Virus record (IMG/VR): IMGVR_UViG_3300008107_006173
Length of the DNA stretch: 64,000 nt
Origin: a virus
Taxonomy: Duplodnaviria; Caudoviricetes
Direction: 5' to 3' (one strand)
Within the stretch, counting starts at the first letter, position 1. The number at the start of each line of letters is the position of its first letter. Below are positions 39,246 to 49,180 of this stretch, one piece after another. The notes beneath the pieces are model-generated. The model had not been told where the DNA came from, did not search any database, and saw only the letters and a program-made list of their open reading frames with translations. The translations under genes were made by a program, and so were the position numbers.

Positions 39246-40604
39246 TTAACGAATCAACCATAATTCTAATTCGTCATTTAAACTTTTTATCTTGACCCAG
39301 TTTTTACCTGTTTGCTGTCCTTTATAAACAGGAGCAACACCCAGTACACAAACCATTTCCCAACTGCTTCTATTAATTCTAGAAACATAATTTTTGTTTG
39401 AATCATACCCTGCGCTGTTTTTAGTTTTAACAAATGAGTTACCGTTGCTATCACTTTGTATTTCAGCAGCATTTTCAGGCATAATAAAACTACTAGAAAG
39501 TGTTGTTTTATCAAAACTTTTTAGCAATGAAGTTTCCATTTCTAGCCATTCTATAATATGAAACTCTGTAGTCGCTGTGCTATCTAATGAATTTTTTAAT
39601 TTTTTACCTTGCCAATGATTCCATGCTGTATTACCCACGAACGCTGCGCTGTTTACAACAACACCTATTACATTATCGCCTTCGTCTGCACTAATAATTT
39701 TTCCTGTTGAGTCAAACGCCACTGTGAACCCTACTCGTTCTTCATCGCGATTATTTTTATCAGCCCATTCAAACATTTCAGCATATCCTCTAGAATTTGA
39801 ATAAAATTCTCCAGCTGAATATGTTGACCCGTTACCATCAACTTTAAAAACATTTTCTTTGTTTGCACTAACAGACAATGCAGACCAAATACTGCTAGAT
39901 GTTGCATCAACATCAATATTAATTACAGAATCTTCAAATTGTAGACTTGGTACTTTAATTGAAACTGCATCATCAACAGGATGACGATGATATACGCCAA
40001 AAGTAGCATTGTTAATTTTTTGCATACTACCTACGGACACACTACCGTCGCTGAAAATATTAGTTCCTTGACGATTCATTCTGCTTACTGCGCGAAACAC
40101 GAATGTCTTATCATCGTCACCGTCGCCTTCAACAATGATGCCTCTAGTTGATCCTGTACCACTGGATGGTATAACTGCCTCGCTGGCTGCACCTGCTTTA
40201 AAATGTGCAGAACCTTTGCCAACTGTTTTAGGTGACTTTGTGCCGGCAGCTAATTGGCCATTTTTACCAATTAATAATACTGTGTCACTTTCTTTATTAA
40301 ACTGTAATCCATCAGAAGTAGCTTCAACAAAATATTGCTTTTCTCCTGTAAGAACTAAACGATCGCGACGACTTTCAGAAGATTTACTTAGCTTCTCAAT
40401 TGCAGAATTTAGCTTTTCTTCAAATTCGTTTTTTAATTTTTCCGTTACAGTCTCAGTAATGTTATTAATTAATTTATTGATATCGACATTGAGAGAAGCT
40501 TCTTTTTTAGCAGGTAGAATTTCTTGAAGAATCATTGTATCTGAAGCTTCAATCTTCTCTTTAACTACTTTTTCATTTGAAGTTGTTTTCTTTGGTCTAG
40601 CCAT
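39246..40604 (-). CDS. Protein with C-terminal peptidase G2-like / intramolecular-chaperone domain
   Basis: GYAEMFEW..VGFTV..IGVV..W.GK..Y..R..WEMVCVLG. Confidence 0.6.
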   Translation of the reverse strand: MARPKKTTSNEKVVKEKIEASDTMILQEILPAKKEASLNVDINKLINNITETVTEKLKNEFEEKLNSAIEKLSKSSESRRDRLVLTGEKQYFVEATSDGLQFNKESDTVLLIGKNGQLAAGTKSPKTVGKGSAHFKAGAASEAVIPSSGTGSTRGIIVEGDGDDDKTFVFRAVSRMNRQGTNIFSDGSVSVGSMQKINNATFGVYHRHPVDDAVSIKVPSLQFEDSVINIDVDATSSSIWSALSVSANKENVFKVDGNGSTYSAGEFYSNSRGYAEMFEWADKNNRDEERVGFTVAFDSTGKIISADEGDNVIGVVVNSAAFVGNTAWNHWQGKKLKNSLDSTATTEFHIIEWLEMETSLLKSFDKTTLSSSFIMPENAAEIQSDSNGNSFVKTKNSAGYDSNKNYVSRINRSSWEMVCVLGVAPVYKGQQTGKNWVKIKSLNDELELWLIR

Positions 40605-40619
40605 GTGTGTCCCGCTGTA

Positions 40620-41441
40620 TTAACTTATAATTGCTCTGTCTTGAACTCTACGCCAATTGGTACCGTCATAAAAAGCCATCGTTGCGCCGCCAACTTCATT
40701 ACTGACAAATACCATATCACCAGGCGTTGATCCTGAAATTGCTAAAGTTTCAGCCACTGTGTAACTATCATGTGATGTAGGTAGTCTAGTATCGGCACTA
40801 ATTAAACCGTAATTACTATTTGCAACATTAGATGCTTGTGTAACAAGTCCATAGTCTGTTATAGTCTCGCCAATTGTAGAAAACGATAAGTTTCCTGAAC
40901 CATCTGTTATAATAGCTTGGCCGGTGGTGCCATCCAATATTGGTAGTACATAAGCGTTAGCCACTGTAACACTAGTACCTTCAACTTTAAAGACTTCACT
41001 AGTGTTGTTCGAACCGTAGACTTTGAATACTGGATTAGTATTACCAGTATTATCACGGACACGGATAACTGTTCCTGTGCCGTTGGCATGTTTGAGATCT
41101 AAATATGCGCCGGAGTATTTGATGGATGGATTGGTACCTAATCTTACACTACCGTTAACGAATAATTTTTCGTTTGAGCTAGTAGAACCAATACTTACTG
41201 TATCGTTTGAAGTATCTACAAACAGCGTACCATTATCAACGTTTAATGCCGTCAGCGTAGAACCAATGCTTGTCCAAGCATTAGCATTATATACTTGTAG
41301 TGTTGAGTTGGATTTATCTACCCAAATATCGCCTGCGTCTGCGCTGGCAGGTAGAGATGAATTGCCATGAATTCGAGCACCAGTTTTTCCAACCTTAAAT
41401 TCCGGTTGTGTGGTACCCTTAAAGTTACCAATAATAGCCAT
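40620..41441 (-). CDS. Probable virion fibre-associated protein
   Basis: Ser/Thr/Gly-rich; GDIWVD motif; C-terminal AFYDGTNWRRV; late promoter 41512-41519. Confidence 0.6.
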   Translation of the reverse strand: MAIIGNFKGTTQPEFKVGKTGARIHGNSSLPASADAGDIWVDKSNSTLQVYNANAWTSIGSTLTALNVDNGTLFVDTSNDTVSIGSTSSNEKLFVNGSVRLGTNPSIKYSGAYLDLKHANGTGTVIRVRDNTGNTNPVFKVYGSNNTSEVFKVEGTSVTVANAYVLPILDGTTGQAIITDGSGNLSFSTIGETITDYGLVTQASNVANSNYGLISADTRLPTSHDSYTVAETLAISGSTPGDMVFVSNEVGGATMAFYDGTNWRRVQDRAIIS

Positions 41442-41537
41442 CAATGTCCCCGGTCAGTTCAGTGAAAAATCACTGTCAATGGCATGTGCCATTGTCATTT
41501 TCCGTTAAAACTATTTATCAGGAACAATAAAAAACTA

Positions 41538-44500
41538 TTATATTAGAGCTTCCACAACGCCGGTGCCACCGTCTAGTTTATCAGTGATAGCTTTACCAAC
41601 TATAGCTGCTGCCGGCACGCTGCGTGGTTCTAAAGATGCTACAGCATATCCAACAAGTCCTTCGCCTGATGATACTAGCACATCACCTTTACGAACAACA
41701 CCTTTAACTTTTACTGGTACACGGCCTCGTAATGCAATACAAGCTACTGTTGGACCAGTTAATCCGTCGTTCATAACGTGAGCAGGTTGTGTAGTTACTA
41801 CACCGGCAACTCGAGTTGATTCGTGTGTTCTAGCCGCAGTAACTTCTGCTTCTCCGCCGAATACAAGAACAGTACCCGGCAAGTAATCTGCATCTGCGAG
41901 ATAGTTTTCTGCCAAGTCAGCGTAACGTGCGCTGGTTGCTGTTGCTGTAATAACGTTTGCTGCAAAGTTGCCGCTAGCATCTCTAACTACCGCTTTACTT
42001 GCTGTATTAGTTGATGTGAAGATATTAGTGTCAGATAAGTTAACTGCTACATCATTAGCACCAACTGTGATACCCTGACCAGCACCAACTTCAAATGTGC
42101 CGCTGCTGTATACTAATCCACTACCACCAACTAGATATGCATCCATACGAGCATTAGCTTCAGCTGCACTTGGTCCAGTGTATGTAAATACGCCTGTTGT
42201 GCTATTGTAGCTAAAGCTACCATCGCCGCCTGCATCTGTTGCACTTACTAGACCTCTTGCATAAGCAGTATTAATAGCAACATTGTCTGCGTTTACTGTA
42301 ATACCGTCGCCTGCGCCAATGTTTAATGTTACTGCGCCGCTTACGCCACCCCCAGTTAAACCATCGCCAGCAGTTACACTTTCAATATCACCTGCATCAT
42401 TTGTAAAACTAAACACACCTGTTGATGCGTTGTAATTTAAATCACCTGTGGCACTAAATTGACTTCTAACATGTGCAACGTTTACAGATACATTGTCAGC
42501 ATTAACAGTAATGCCTGAACCTGCACCAACACTGATATTGCCACTACTATATGTTAGACCATTACCGCCAATGATGTATGCATCCATTGAACTATTAGCA
42601 CGAGCAGATGTAAAGTATAGGTTTGATCCTTCAGCTAAGTTGCTAGTAGTAAACGCACTCATGTTAACTGCAACATTATCAGGGTTTACAGTAATACCTG
42701 TACCGGCGCCAATGTTTAGTGTAACATCGCCGCTGATGCCGCCGCCAGTTAAACCATCGCCTGCGGCAACTGCGGTAATATCTGCGCTTAATCCTGCAAT
42801 AGATACTGCATTACCTGTATTCGTTACAGTAACACCGTTAGTACCGGTAATTGTTAAAGTATGACCGCTACTAATTGCAGTCTTAGCACCAGCGCCGCTG
42901 TCTGTTTGAACGCTCCAACTACCGTAGTTGTCTGCGGTTGTACTAATAACACCAGTACTAGAATTAACATTAATTAAGCCCGTGCCGCTGAACAATCCTC
43001 TAACGTCAGAATTACTTACTCCGGTGTAGCTAATAACACCATTAGCATAACTTAGGTTGCCAAAACCACTTAGATTTGAAACACTAAATTCATTTTTAAT
43101 TGCAGTAATATTACCAGACATAGTAATAACATTACTAGCTTCAACCGCTGTTAGATATGCCCCGGCATCAATACTTTTAATACCGTGATAATAAACGCTA
43201 ACATTATCAATTGGAACGATTCTAGATCCGGCGTAAATATTAATACCTGTTGTGCCTACGTCCTCAACTTGGCCTACGTCACTGTCTGCTGTTAGCTGTA
43301 CAGGATTACCATTGATCACAATAAAGCAGCTATTTGAACTTGGATTTACATAAATTGAGTTGTTAACATTAGCACTTGTAGTTGATGGTACAACTAGATC
43401 GCCGGTAAATGTTTTTACTCCAGCAATACTTTGATTGCTTGTAGTACGAACTACACTAGAATCTACAGCAACATTGTCTGTGTTTACAGTAATACCATCG
43501 CCTGCGCCAATATTGATATTACCAGTCGTATATGTAAGACCGTTGCCGCCGATTATATATGCATCAATCGCAGTATTAACTCTGCCAGTTGTAAAGTAAA
43601 GATTGTTACCTTCAGCTAAATCTGTTGTGCTAGTTGGAATTAAATATTCTGTAGTGCCGTTATTAGTAAACTTCCATGCGTCTGCTTGACCGTCCCAAAG
43701 AAGATATGTATCACTAACATTGCCACGCTCAACAATAATACGTGCATTACCATCGAAAGCTGCATTTGATCTTAATACAATATTTGCATCTTGGACTAAT
43801 AAATCAACAACTGTCAAACTGTTAATATTTGCTGTTACATCTAAGTTACCTGTGATTGAAACATTGCCAACAAAAGAAGTATTACCAGTAATAGTTTGAT
43901 CACCACTAGTTCTAATCACTGTGGTATCTACAGCAACATTATTACTAGAAATTTGTAAGCCATCACCTGCGTTTACTGCATAGTATGCGCCGGTAGTGTT
44001 ATGAGAATAAGTTAAACCGCTTGCAGTTCTTGTTGTTACTGCATTAGCAGCAGTACCAGGATAAAATGTATTATGTAAATCTTCTAAGTTAGCATCTGGT
44101 CCAATGTTTAGTGAGTGTACATGTATTACATTTGAATATACTTCTTTAATCCAATTTGTACTATTACCAATTGAAGAAGTATTATTTGTTTCCGGTAATA
44201 GGTTAATATTAGCGGCTAAGATAATGCTATTTTCAAATGTCTTAACACCATAGATGTCTTGATCGCCGCTGGTGCGAACTACTGTGCTGTCAACACTAAC
44301 ATTATTAAGTCCTACTGTAATACCGTCACCGGCGCCTACATGTATAACACCATTTGAGTAAATTAAACCGTTGCCAGCAGCGTTACTATCTAGCGTGAAT
44401 ACACCGGTTGTACTGTTATAAACAAGACCATCAGTAGCACTAAAGTGAGCGCGAGTTTCACTAGCACTTGGACCGGTATAGGTAATGATGCCAGTAGTAT

Positions 44501-44969
44501 TGCTATAAGTTAATGAGCCATCGCCGCCAGAATCTGTTACACTAATAGCTGCTCTTGCGCGGCCAGTTGTATAATAAAGATTTGCACCTTCTGAAACAAT
44601 AGTGGTTGTTAAACCTGTAATGTTACTGCCATCGCCGCGGAACCAACCTGCTACAACATTACCAGTAGTTTCAATATTTGAATTAGCAGCAAGTTCTAAT
44701 GGTACGCTGATGACCAGTTTACCTGTGGTATTGCTGTATGAAAGATTTGCTTGAGTGTTATAACTGTTAAGACTTAGTATTGCAGTAGTGTTGCTAACTG
44801 CTGGATTTGCAGGATCAACGCTGTTAATTGTAAATGTATTACCTGCTAGATTTGTAACAGTAATAACATTTGTTTGTTCAAGCTGAGTGACATTACCTTC
44901 AATGGTAAGTTTGCCTTTGATAACCAGCTCTTCGTCAGCTTTTATAACAGTACGCTTTATTGTTGACAT
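41538..44969 (-). CDS. Second fibre/adhesin paralogue
   Basis: GAGxGITV and GGDGS repeats; C-terminal RYADLAENY domain similar to 35832-39206; late promoter 45005-45012. Confidence 0.8.
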   Translation of the reverse strand: MSTIKRTVIKADEELVIKGKLTIEGNVTQLEQTNVITVTNLAGNTFTINSVDPANPAVSNTTAILSLNSYNTQANLSYSNTTGKLVISVPLELAANSNIETTGNVVAGWFRGDGSNITGLTTTIVSEGANLYYTTGRARAAISVTDSGGDGSLTYSNTTGIITYTGPSASETRAHFSATDGLVYNSTTGVFTLDSNAAGNGLIYSNGVIHVGAGDGITVGLNNVSVDSTVVRTSGDQDIYGVKTFENSIILAANINLLPETNNTSSIGNSTNWIKEVYSNVIHVHSLNIGPDANLEDLHNTFYPGTAANAVTTRTASGLTYSHNTTGAYYAVNAGDGLQISSNNVAVDTTVIRTSGDQTITGNTSFVGNVSITGNLDVTANINSLTVVDLLVQDANIVLRSNAAFDGNARIIVERGNVSDTYLLWDGQADAWKFTNNGTTEYLIPTSTTDLAEGNNLYFTTGRVNTAIDAYIIGGNGLTYTTGNINIGAGDGITVNTDNVAVDSSVVRTTSNQSIAGVKTFTGDLVVPSTTSANVNNSIYVNPSSNSCFIVINGNPVQLTADSDVGQVEDVGTTGINIYAGSRIVPIDNVSVYYHGIKSIDAGAYLTAVEASNVITMSGNITAIKNEFSVSNLSGFGNLSYANGVISYTGVSNSDVRGLFSGTGLINVNSSTGVISTTADNYGSWSVQTDSGAGAKTAISSGHTLTITGTNGVTVTNTGNAVSIAGLSADITAVAAGDGLTGGGISGDVTLNIGAGTGITVNPDNVAVNMSAFTTSNLAEGSNLYFTSARANSSMDAYIIGGNGLTYSSGNISVGAGSGITVNADNVSVNVAHVRSQFSATGDLNYNASTGVFSFTNDAGDIESVTAGDGLTGGGVSGAVTLNIGAGDGITVNADNVAINTAYARGLVSATDAGGDGSFSYNSTTGVFTYTGPSAAEANARMDAYLVGGSGLVYSSGTFEVGAGQGITVGANDVAVNLSDTNIFTSTNTASKAVVRDASGNFAANVITATATSARYADLAENYLADADYLPGTVLVFGGEAEVTAARTHESTRVAGVVTTQPAHVMNDGLTGPTVACIALRGRVPVKVKGVVRKGDVLVSSGEGLVGYAVASLEPRSVPAAAIVGKAITDKLDGGTGVVEALI

Positions 44970-45067
44970 TTAGAAGTCCCTACCAGAATTAAGTCTATTG
45001 TAACTATTTATCAAAACATTTACCTAATGTTGATGAGTAAAATTCTGTACATAAAAAATGTTTAGTC

Positions 45068-45099
45068 AAAAAAAAGCCCCCGCTGTTTCCAACGAGGGC
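45068..45099 (-). terminator. Terminator after the major capsid gene
   Basis: GCCCTCGTTG-GAAA-CAGCGGGGGC-TTTTTTTT. Confidence 0.9.
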
Positions 45100-45127
45100 C
45101 TTTCTTTTTTCCGTTAAGGTTTAAATC

Positions 45128-46270
45128 TTACTGGAATGATACGTTTGCAAGTGTGATTGCATCAACGTAGTCTGCTGCGTTACCAAGTGATGAAGCAGTA
45201 TTTGTTAGTTCCTTATAACCATAACGTGTCATAAAGCTAACTACTGGTTCAAAAGTTGCTGGATCCATTACTGGGCCTGTGCTCATTAATGGAATGTATG
45301 GGCAGTAGAATGCTGGAGCATCAGTTTCGCTTGAACCCTTGTAACCAACAAGTACCTTAGTACCGTCAGCTGCATAGTTGTCTACGAACACACGGATTGT
45401 ACCGTTCAATGTACCTACAAACTTGGTGTTTGTTGGTGCTTCGAATGTACCTTCTGTTGTACGAGCGAAAGTTGATGTTGTTGCGCTTTGTAGAATTGTT
45501 AGTGCTTCTGGGCTTACTACGATGTAGTTACCTGCACCACGACGTGTGCGAGCAGCAATTCTGTTTGCAGCGCGGTTGATTTCAATAGCTAGAACAGCAT
45601 GACGGTCACCAATGTATGTTGGTGTGCCTGTTAGGGAACCACCAAAATCCAATGTTGTACCTGCGCCAGCTAGTGAGCGTAGTGAACCGATAATTTCTTG
45701 GTCGATTTCAACTACGATTTCCTGTGCTAGAGCCTGCATGATTTCAGCTTCTACGTCAACGCCGTGCATTGCTTCTGCGTCTTGGGCAGCTTCAAATGTC
45801 CAACGTGCGCTTAGGCGTCTTGTCTTAGCTTCTACAGTTTCCTTGAGGATCTGAATGCTCATCTTACGACCAGCTACACCTTCAGCTGCTGCTGTAGCTG
45901 TTGGGCTACCTGCATAAGTTGAAGCTAGTAGGAATGGGCTTAGAGCTTCATCACCTGCTGTTGCGCCACCACCTGTCTCTGCGTAACGAACGCGGAGAGT
46001 GTGGATCTGGCCTACTGGGCCAGTCATTGGCTGTACACCAACTAGTTCGTTAGCAATAACGCTTGGCATTACGCGACGGATTAGTGGTAGCATTACCTTG
46101 TTTAATGTTGCGACTGAACCTGCACCTGTTGCACCTGCTGTAGCGGCCTCTGACAAATAACGCTTTGTATTTTCGAGGACTACATCCAATGAGTTCTTTC
46201 TGTTGCCAGATAGACCTTCTAGTAGGGCTTCTTTGGTTGCAGACCAGTTGCTTTCAAATAAATTTGCCAT
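45128..46270 (-). CDS. gp23: Major capsid protein, T4 gp23 family
   Basis: LIRRVMPSVIANELVGVQPMTGPVG, AKTRRLSARWTFEAAQD, FYCPYIPL, FMTRYG. Confidence 0.97.
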   Translation of the reverse strand: MANLFESNWSATKEALLEGLSGNRKNSLDVVLENTKRYLSEAATAGATGAGSVATLNKVMLPLIRRVMPSVIANELVGVQPMTGPVGQIHTLRVRYAETGGGATAGDEALSPFLLASTYAGSPTATAAAEGVAGRKMSIQILKETVEAKTRRLSARWTFEAAQDAEAMHGVDVEAEIMQALAQEIVVEIDQEIIGSLRSLAGAGTTLDFGGSLTGTPTYIGDRHAVLAIEINRAANRIAARTRRGAGNYIVVSPEALTILQSATTSTFARTTEGTFEAPTNTKFVGTLNGTIRVFVDNYAADGTKVLVGYKGSSETDAPAFYCPYIPLMSTGPVMDPATFEPVVSFMTRYGYKELTNTASSLGNAADYVDAITLANVSFQ

Positions 46271-46286
46271 CTCTTAACTCCTATTA

Positions 46287-47393
46287 TTATGAAAGTCCGG
46301 CTAATTTGCGGATTTGGTCTAATTCAACTACGTCCGCGTTGTCATCGGCTTCTGCTTTAACAGTTGCCTGCTTATTACCAGTGTGCTCACGCACAACTGA
46401 TTCTGACAAAGTCTTCTTCACTCTTGCTGTTTCGCCATCGAGTACACTTGGAAGATACTTGTTAAAGGTTTCTTCTAGCTTTTCTGTTTTGACTGACTCA
46501 AGTAAATCTGACATGATTTCTTTCTTCTCTTTGCCGAGAGGACGTAATAGTTCGTCTAGCTTTTGCTTACGAGCCATACGGTCTTCTGCGATTCGAAGTT
46601 TGCTTTCTGTTAGCTTCACTGTATCTTCTTTAGATGCAATAACTGCTTGACTTTCTGCTAACTTCTTCTCTAGGTCGGCGATTGTCTTCTGTACTTTCTT
46701 GATTTCTTTTGCTTCGTTTAAGTGGCTTGTACCAAATTCACTTGCAAATGCTTCAAAAATTCTACGTCCGAAGTCGTTCTCACGAGCCGCAGTGATGTCA
46801 TTGCGGAATGACTTAACTTCTTCACTGATAACACGATTGATTGTTGATTCAATCTTGCCAGCAGCTTTGCTGATAAAGTCTTTCTTTGCTTCAGCAAGCT
46901 GACGCTTGCCTTCGCGTACCATTTTGACCTTTTGCTCTACTAGTGCTTTCTTGTCTTCGTGGAATTCTTTTAGTTCTTCTGCTAGCTGTTCTGCAACAAA
47001 GTTATCTAACTTTGATACATGTTCAGCTACACGAGTACGGTCTGCACGCAATTCCTTAACTTCCTTTGCAACCATTTCAGTTACAAATTTGTCAAGTAGT
47101 TTAGCATGTTCACTTACGGCTTTGCGATACTTAACTCTTTCTTCTGCGAGGGCCTTTTTATCCTCAGCTAGCTCAGCTACTTCAGCTTCTACCTTCTTAT
47201 TAATGAAGCTTTCTACAGCTTCTACGATTAGACCTTTGTCATGCTCGTAACGCTGTGCGAACTCTTCACGAAGCTCTGCTGTTAATTCTTCTCTAGCTTC
47301 AGCAAGGCGTGACTCCCAGGCTTCTTGAACAGCCACACGGGCATCATTGCTGAGTCCGGCGCCTTCAAGTAGATCGTTAAATGTCACTGCCAT
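46287..47393 (-). CDS. gp22: Prohead scaffold protein
   Basis: Long coiled coil between protease and capsid genes; RRIFEAFASEF. Confidence 0.85.
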   Translation of the reverse strand: MAVTFNDLLEGAGLSNDARVAVQEAWESRLAEAREELTAELREEFAQRYEHDKGLIVEAVESFINKKVEAEVAELAEDKKALAEERVKYRKAVSEHAKLLDKFVTEMVAKEVKELRADRTRVAEHVSKLDNFVAEQLAEELKEFHEDKKALVEQKVKMVREGKRQLAEAKKDFISKAAGKIESTINRVISEEVKSFRNDITAARENDFGRRIFEAFASEFGTSHLNEAKEIKKVQKTIADLEKKLAESQAVIASKEDTVKLTESKLRIAEDRMARKQKLDELLRPLGKEKKEIMSDLLESVKTEKLEETFNKYLPSVLDGETARVKKTLSESVVREHTGNKQATVKAEADDNADVVELDQIRKLAGLS

Positions 47394-47407
47394 AGTAGTC
47401 TCCTACT

Positions 47408-48031
47408 TTATAGTTTAAGTTCTCTAATGAGTTTAGTGATTTCACTCGTTAGATGTTTTTCTGCACTTTTATCGTAACTCACGGCGGCTGCTATTCTATG
47501 AACAGCGGCACCGCCGCGCATATTAAACAAACTCTCATAGATTGTTTTTGGATATGCGTCTGGCGCACTGGGCTGGGCCACAATGTCCACAGTAACTATA
47601 TCAAAGTCGGATACGCGACCCGAATCATTAACATTTCCGCTACCACGGCTACTAACGCCCAGTTTTGCTCCGGCTTTTAATAAAGCCCTTGCAATATTAC
47701 CCATAGGTGTATCTATGATCTTAAGTTTACCAATACCGTCTGCGCCATCACAATACATATCTGTAATCATATGGCTCACACGATCGAGATTGATTTGAAG
47801 TTCTTCAGGATGATCTAGTTCACCTAAAACTGTTTCACCCTTCTTTAATCTTTCTCTAATTGCATTACAGGCACGCTCGATCTCGTTACCGGGGTATACG
47901 CGACCGTTTTGATTCTTTATGTCGCCCTGGATAAAAAGACCCTGCATGAATAATTCCTTGCCGTCTTCACTTTCCATGAGCTTAAATTTACCCATTTCTG
48001 GGTTCATAAATTCATAAAGTTTGCGTGTCAT
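47408..48031 (-). CDS. gp21: Prohead protease
   Basis: NQNGRVYP, LGELDHP, LGVSSRGSG, DIVAQPSAPDAY. Confidence 0.95.
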   Translation of the reverse strand: MTRKLYEFMNPEMGKFKLMESEDGKELFMQGLFIQGDIKNQNGRVYPGNEIERACNAIRERLKKGETVLGELDHPEELQINLDRVSHMITDMYCDGADGIGKLKIIDTPMGNIARALLKAGAKLGVSSRGSGNVNDSGRVSDFDIVTVDIVAQPSAPDAYPKTIYESLFNMRGGAAVHRIAAAVSYDKSAEKHLTSEITKLIRELKL

Positions 48032-48051
48032 TATAATTTCCTCGCCTACAA

Positions 48052-48804
48052 TTAAGCCTTAGGTACGCTTACCTTAGCTGGTTTAATTCCCATGTTATTT
48101 GTAGGTGTGTGATCTTTAGCGTTGTTGGCACCTTTGTTGCCTTCGCCGCCGTCTTTGATCTTAGGAACTGACTGACCGCTTAGATTGAAGTGCTTCTTTG
48201 GTGCTGTGAAAGACTTTGCGCCTTCGTCAGCTGGAGCCTTAGGAGCAGCAACTTTGTCTTGTAGCTTTGTAGCTTCTTCAACAACTTCGCTGTCTTCTTC
48301 AATTTCTTCGTCTAGATCGTACTCAACTGAGTCCATCATTTTGTCTTCAGCGTCTTCTGCGTCGTCCATGCCCATGCCCATATCGGCATCTTCAGCATCT
48401 TCGTCGCCAGCCATTAGCTTTTCAAAGTCAGCGCGGAGTTCTTCTAGTTCTGCTTCTAGATCGTCAACCTTATCTTCTAGGTCGCCTTCACCTTCTTCAG
48501 CACCTTCTTCTTCGCCTTCTTCTTCATCGCCTTCTTCCGAAAGACCTGTTTCGTCGGCAGTAATTTCGTTTTGATCAGCTAGGATATCATCTTCAAAGTC
48601 GTTGCTTTGATCGATTGTTTCTTCTACTGATTCATCTGTTTCTTCAGCTGATTCTTCAACTTCATCTTCTGCTTCGAGTACACGCTCATATTCTGAACGG
48701 GCCTTAGAAACTACATATTCATGTAGCATTTCTTCAGCTTTTTCGTTCTCTTCGGCAAGAAGGAGTTCGAGAATCTGCTCTAATTTAGCTCTTGATTCTG
48801 ACAT
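48052..48804 (-). CDS. Highly acidic prohead core protein
   Basis: Glu/Asp-rich; between portal and protease; promoter TATAAGTA at 48867-48874. Confidence 0.65.
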   Translation of the reverse strand: MSESRAKLEQILELLLAEENEKAEEMLHEYVVSKARSEYERVLEAEDEVEESAEETDESVEETIDQSNDFEDDILADQNEITADETGLSEEGDEEEGEEEGAEEGEGDLEDKVDDLEAELEELRADFEKLMAGDEDAEDADMGMGMDDAEDAEDKMMDSVEYDLDEEIEEDSEVVEEATKLQDKVAAPKAPADEGAKSFTAPKKHFNLSGQSVPKIKDGGEGNKGANNAKDHTPTNNMGIKPAKVSVPKA

Positions 48805-48981
48805 TGTGGCCTCCTAAAATTAGAAAATACAAGATAGGGTACACTACAGGCACCCTTCTACAATAGTACTTATAGTTTAATGGAGTTTTTACCAGTAAAA
48901 TGGTATGTTTTTGAAGAATTTTGAAGAATTCGGCGTATTAAATTTATTTAGTAGCCAATATTCATTTATAAACTATGCAGT

Positions 48982-49179
48982 TTAGACTTGACTTTGCACC
49001 GGTTGTGCATACATCAAGCGAACAAATTTATCATGTTCAATTTGCTCTGCTTTTTTAATTTCGCGCACCTTGCGTAGCTTGTTTAATTGTTCTAAGGTGA
49101 GCTTAGGCTTACGAGTGTCGCCTATTTCTCGTTTCTGCCATGAATCATTTTCTGGATTATAAAATTCGTTTAGTCTCAT
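48982..49179 (-). CDS. Small head protein (65 aa)
   Basis: Likely start MRLNEF just after the portal stop; the longer track ORF overlaps portal. Confidence 0.65.
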   Translation of the reverse strand: MRLNEFYNPENDSWQKREIGDTRKPKLTLEQLNKLRKVREIKKAEQIEHDKFVRLMYAQPVQSQV

Positions 49180-49180
49180 A

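Noticed and set aside
35832-44969. Repeats as a CRISPR or guide-RNA array
   Set aside because: All are in-frame coding repeats with codon-position variation; no repeat-spacer structure or cas-like genes
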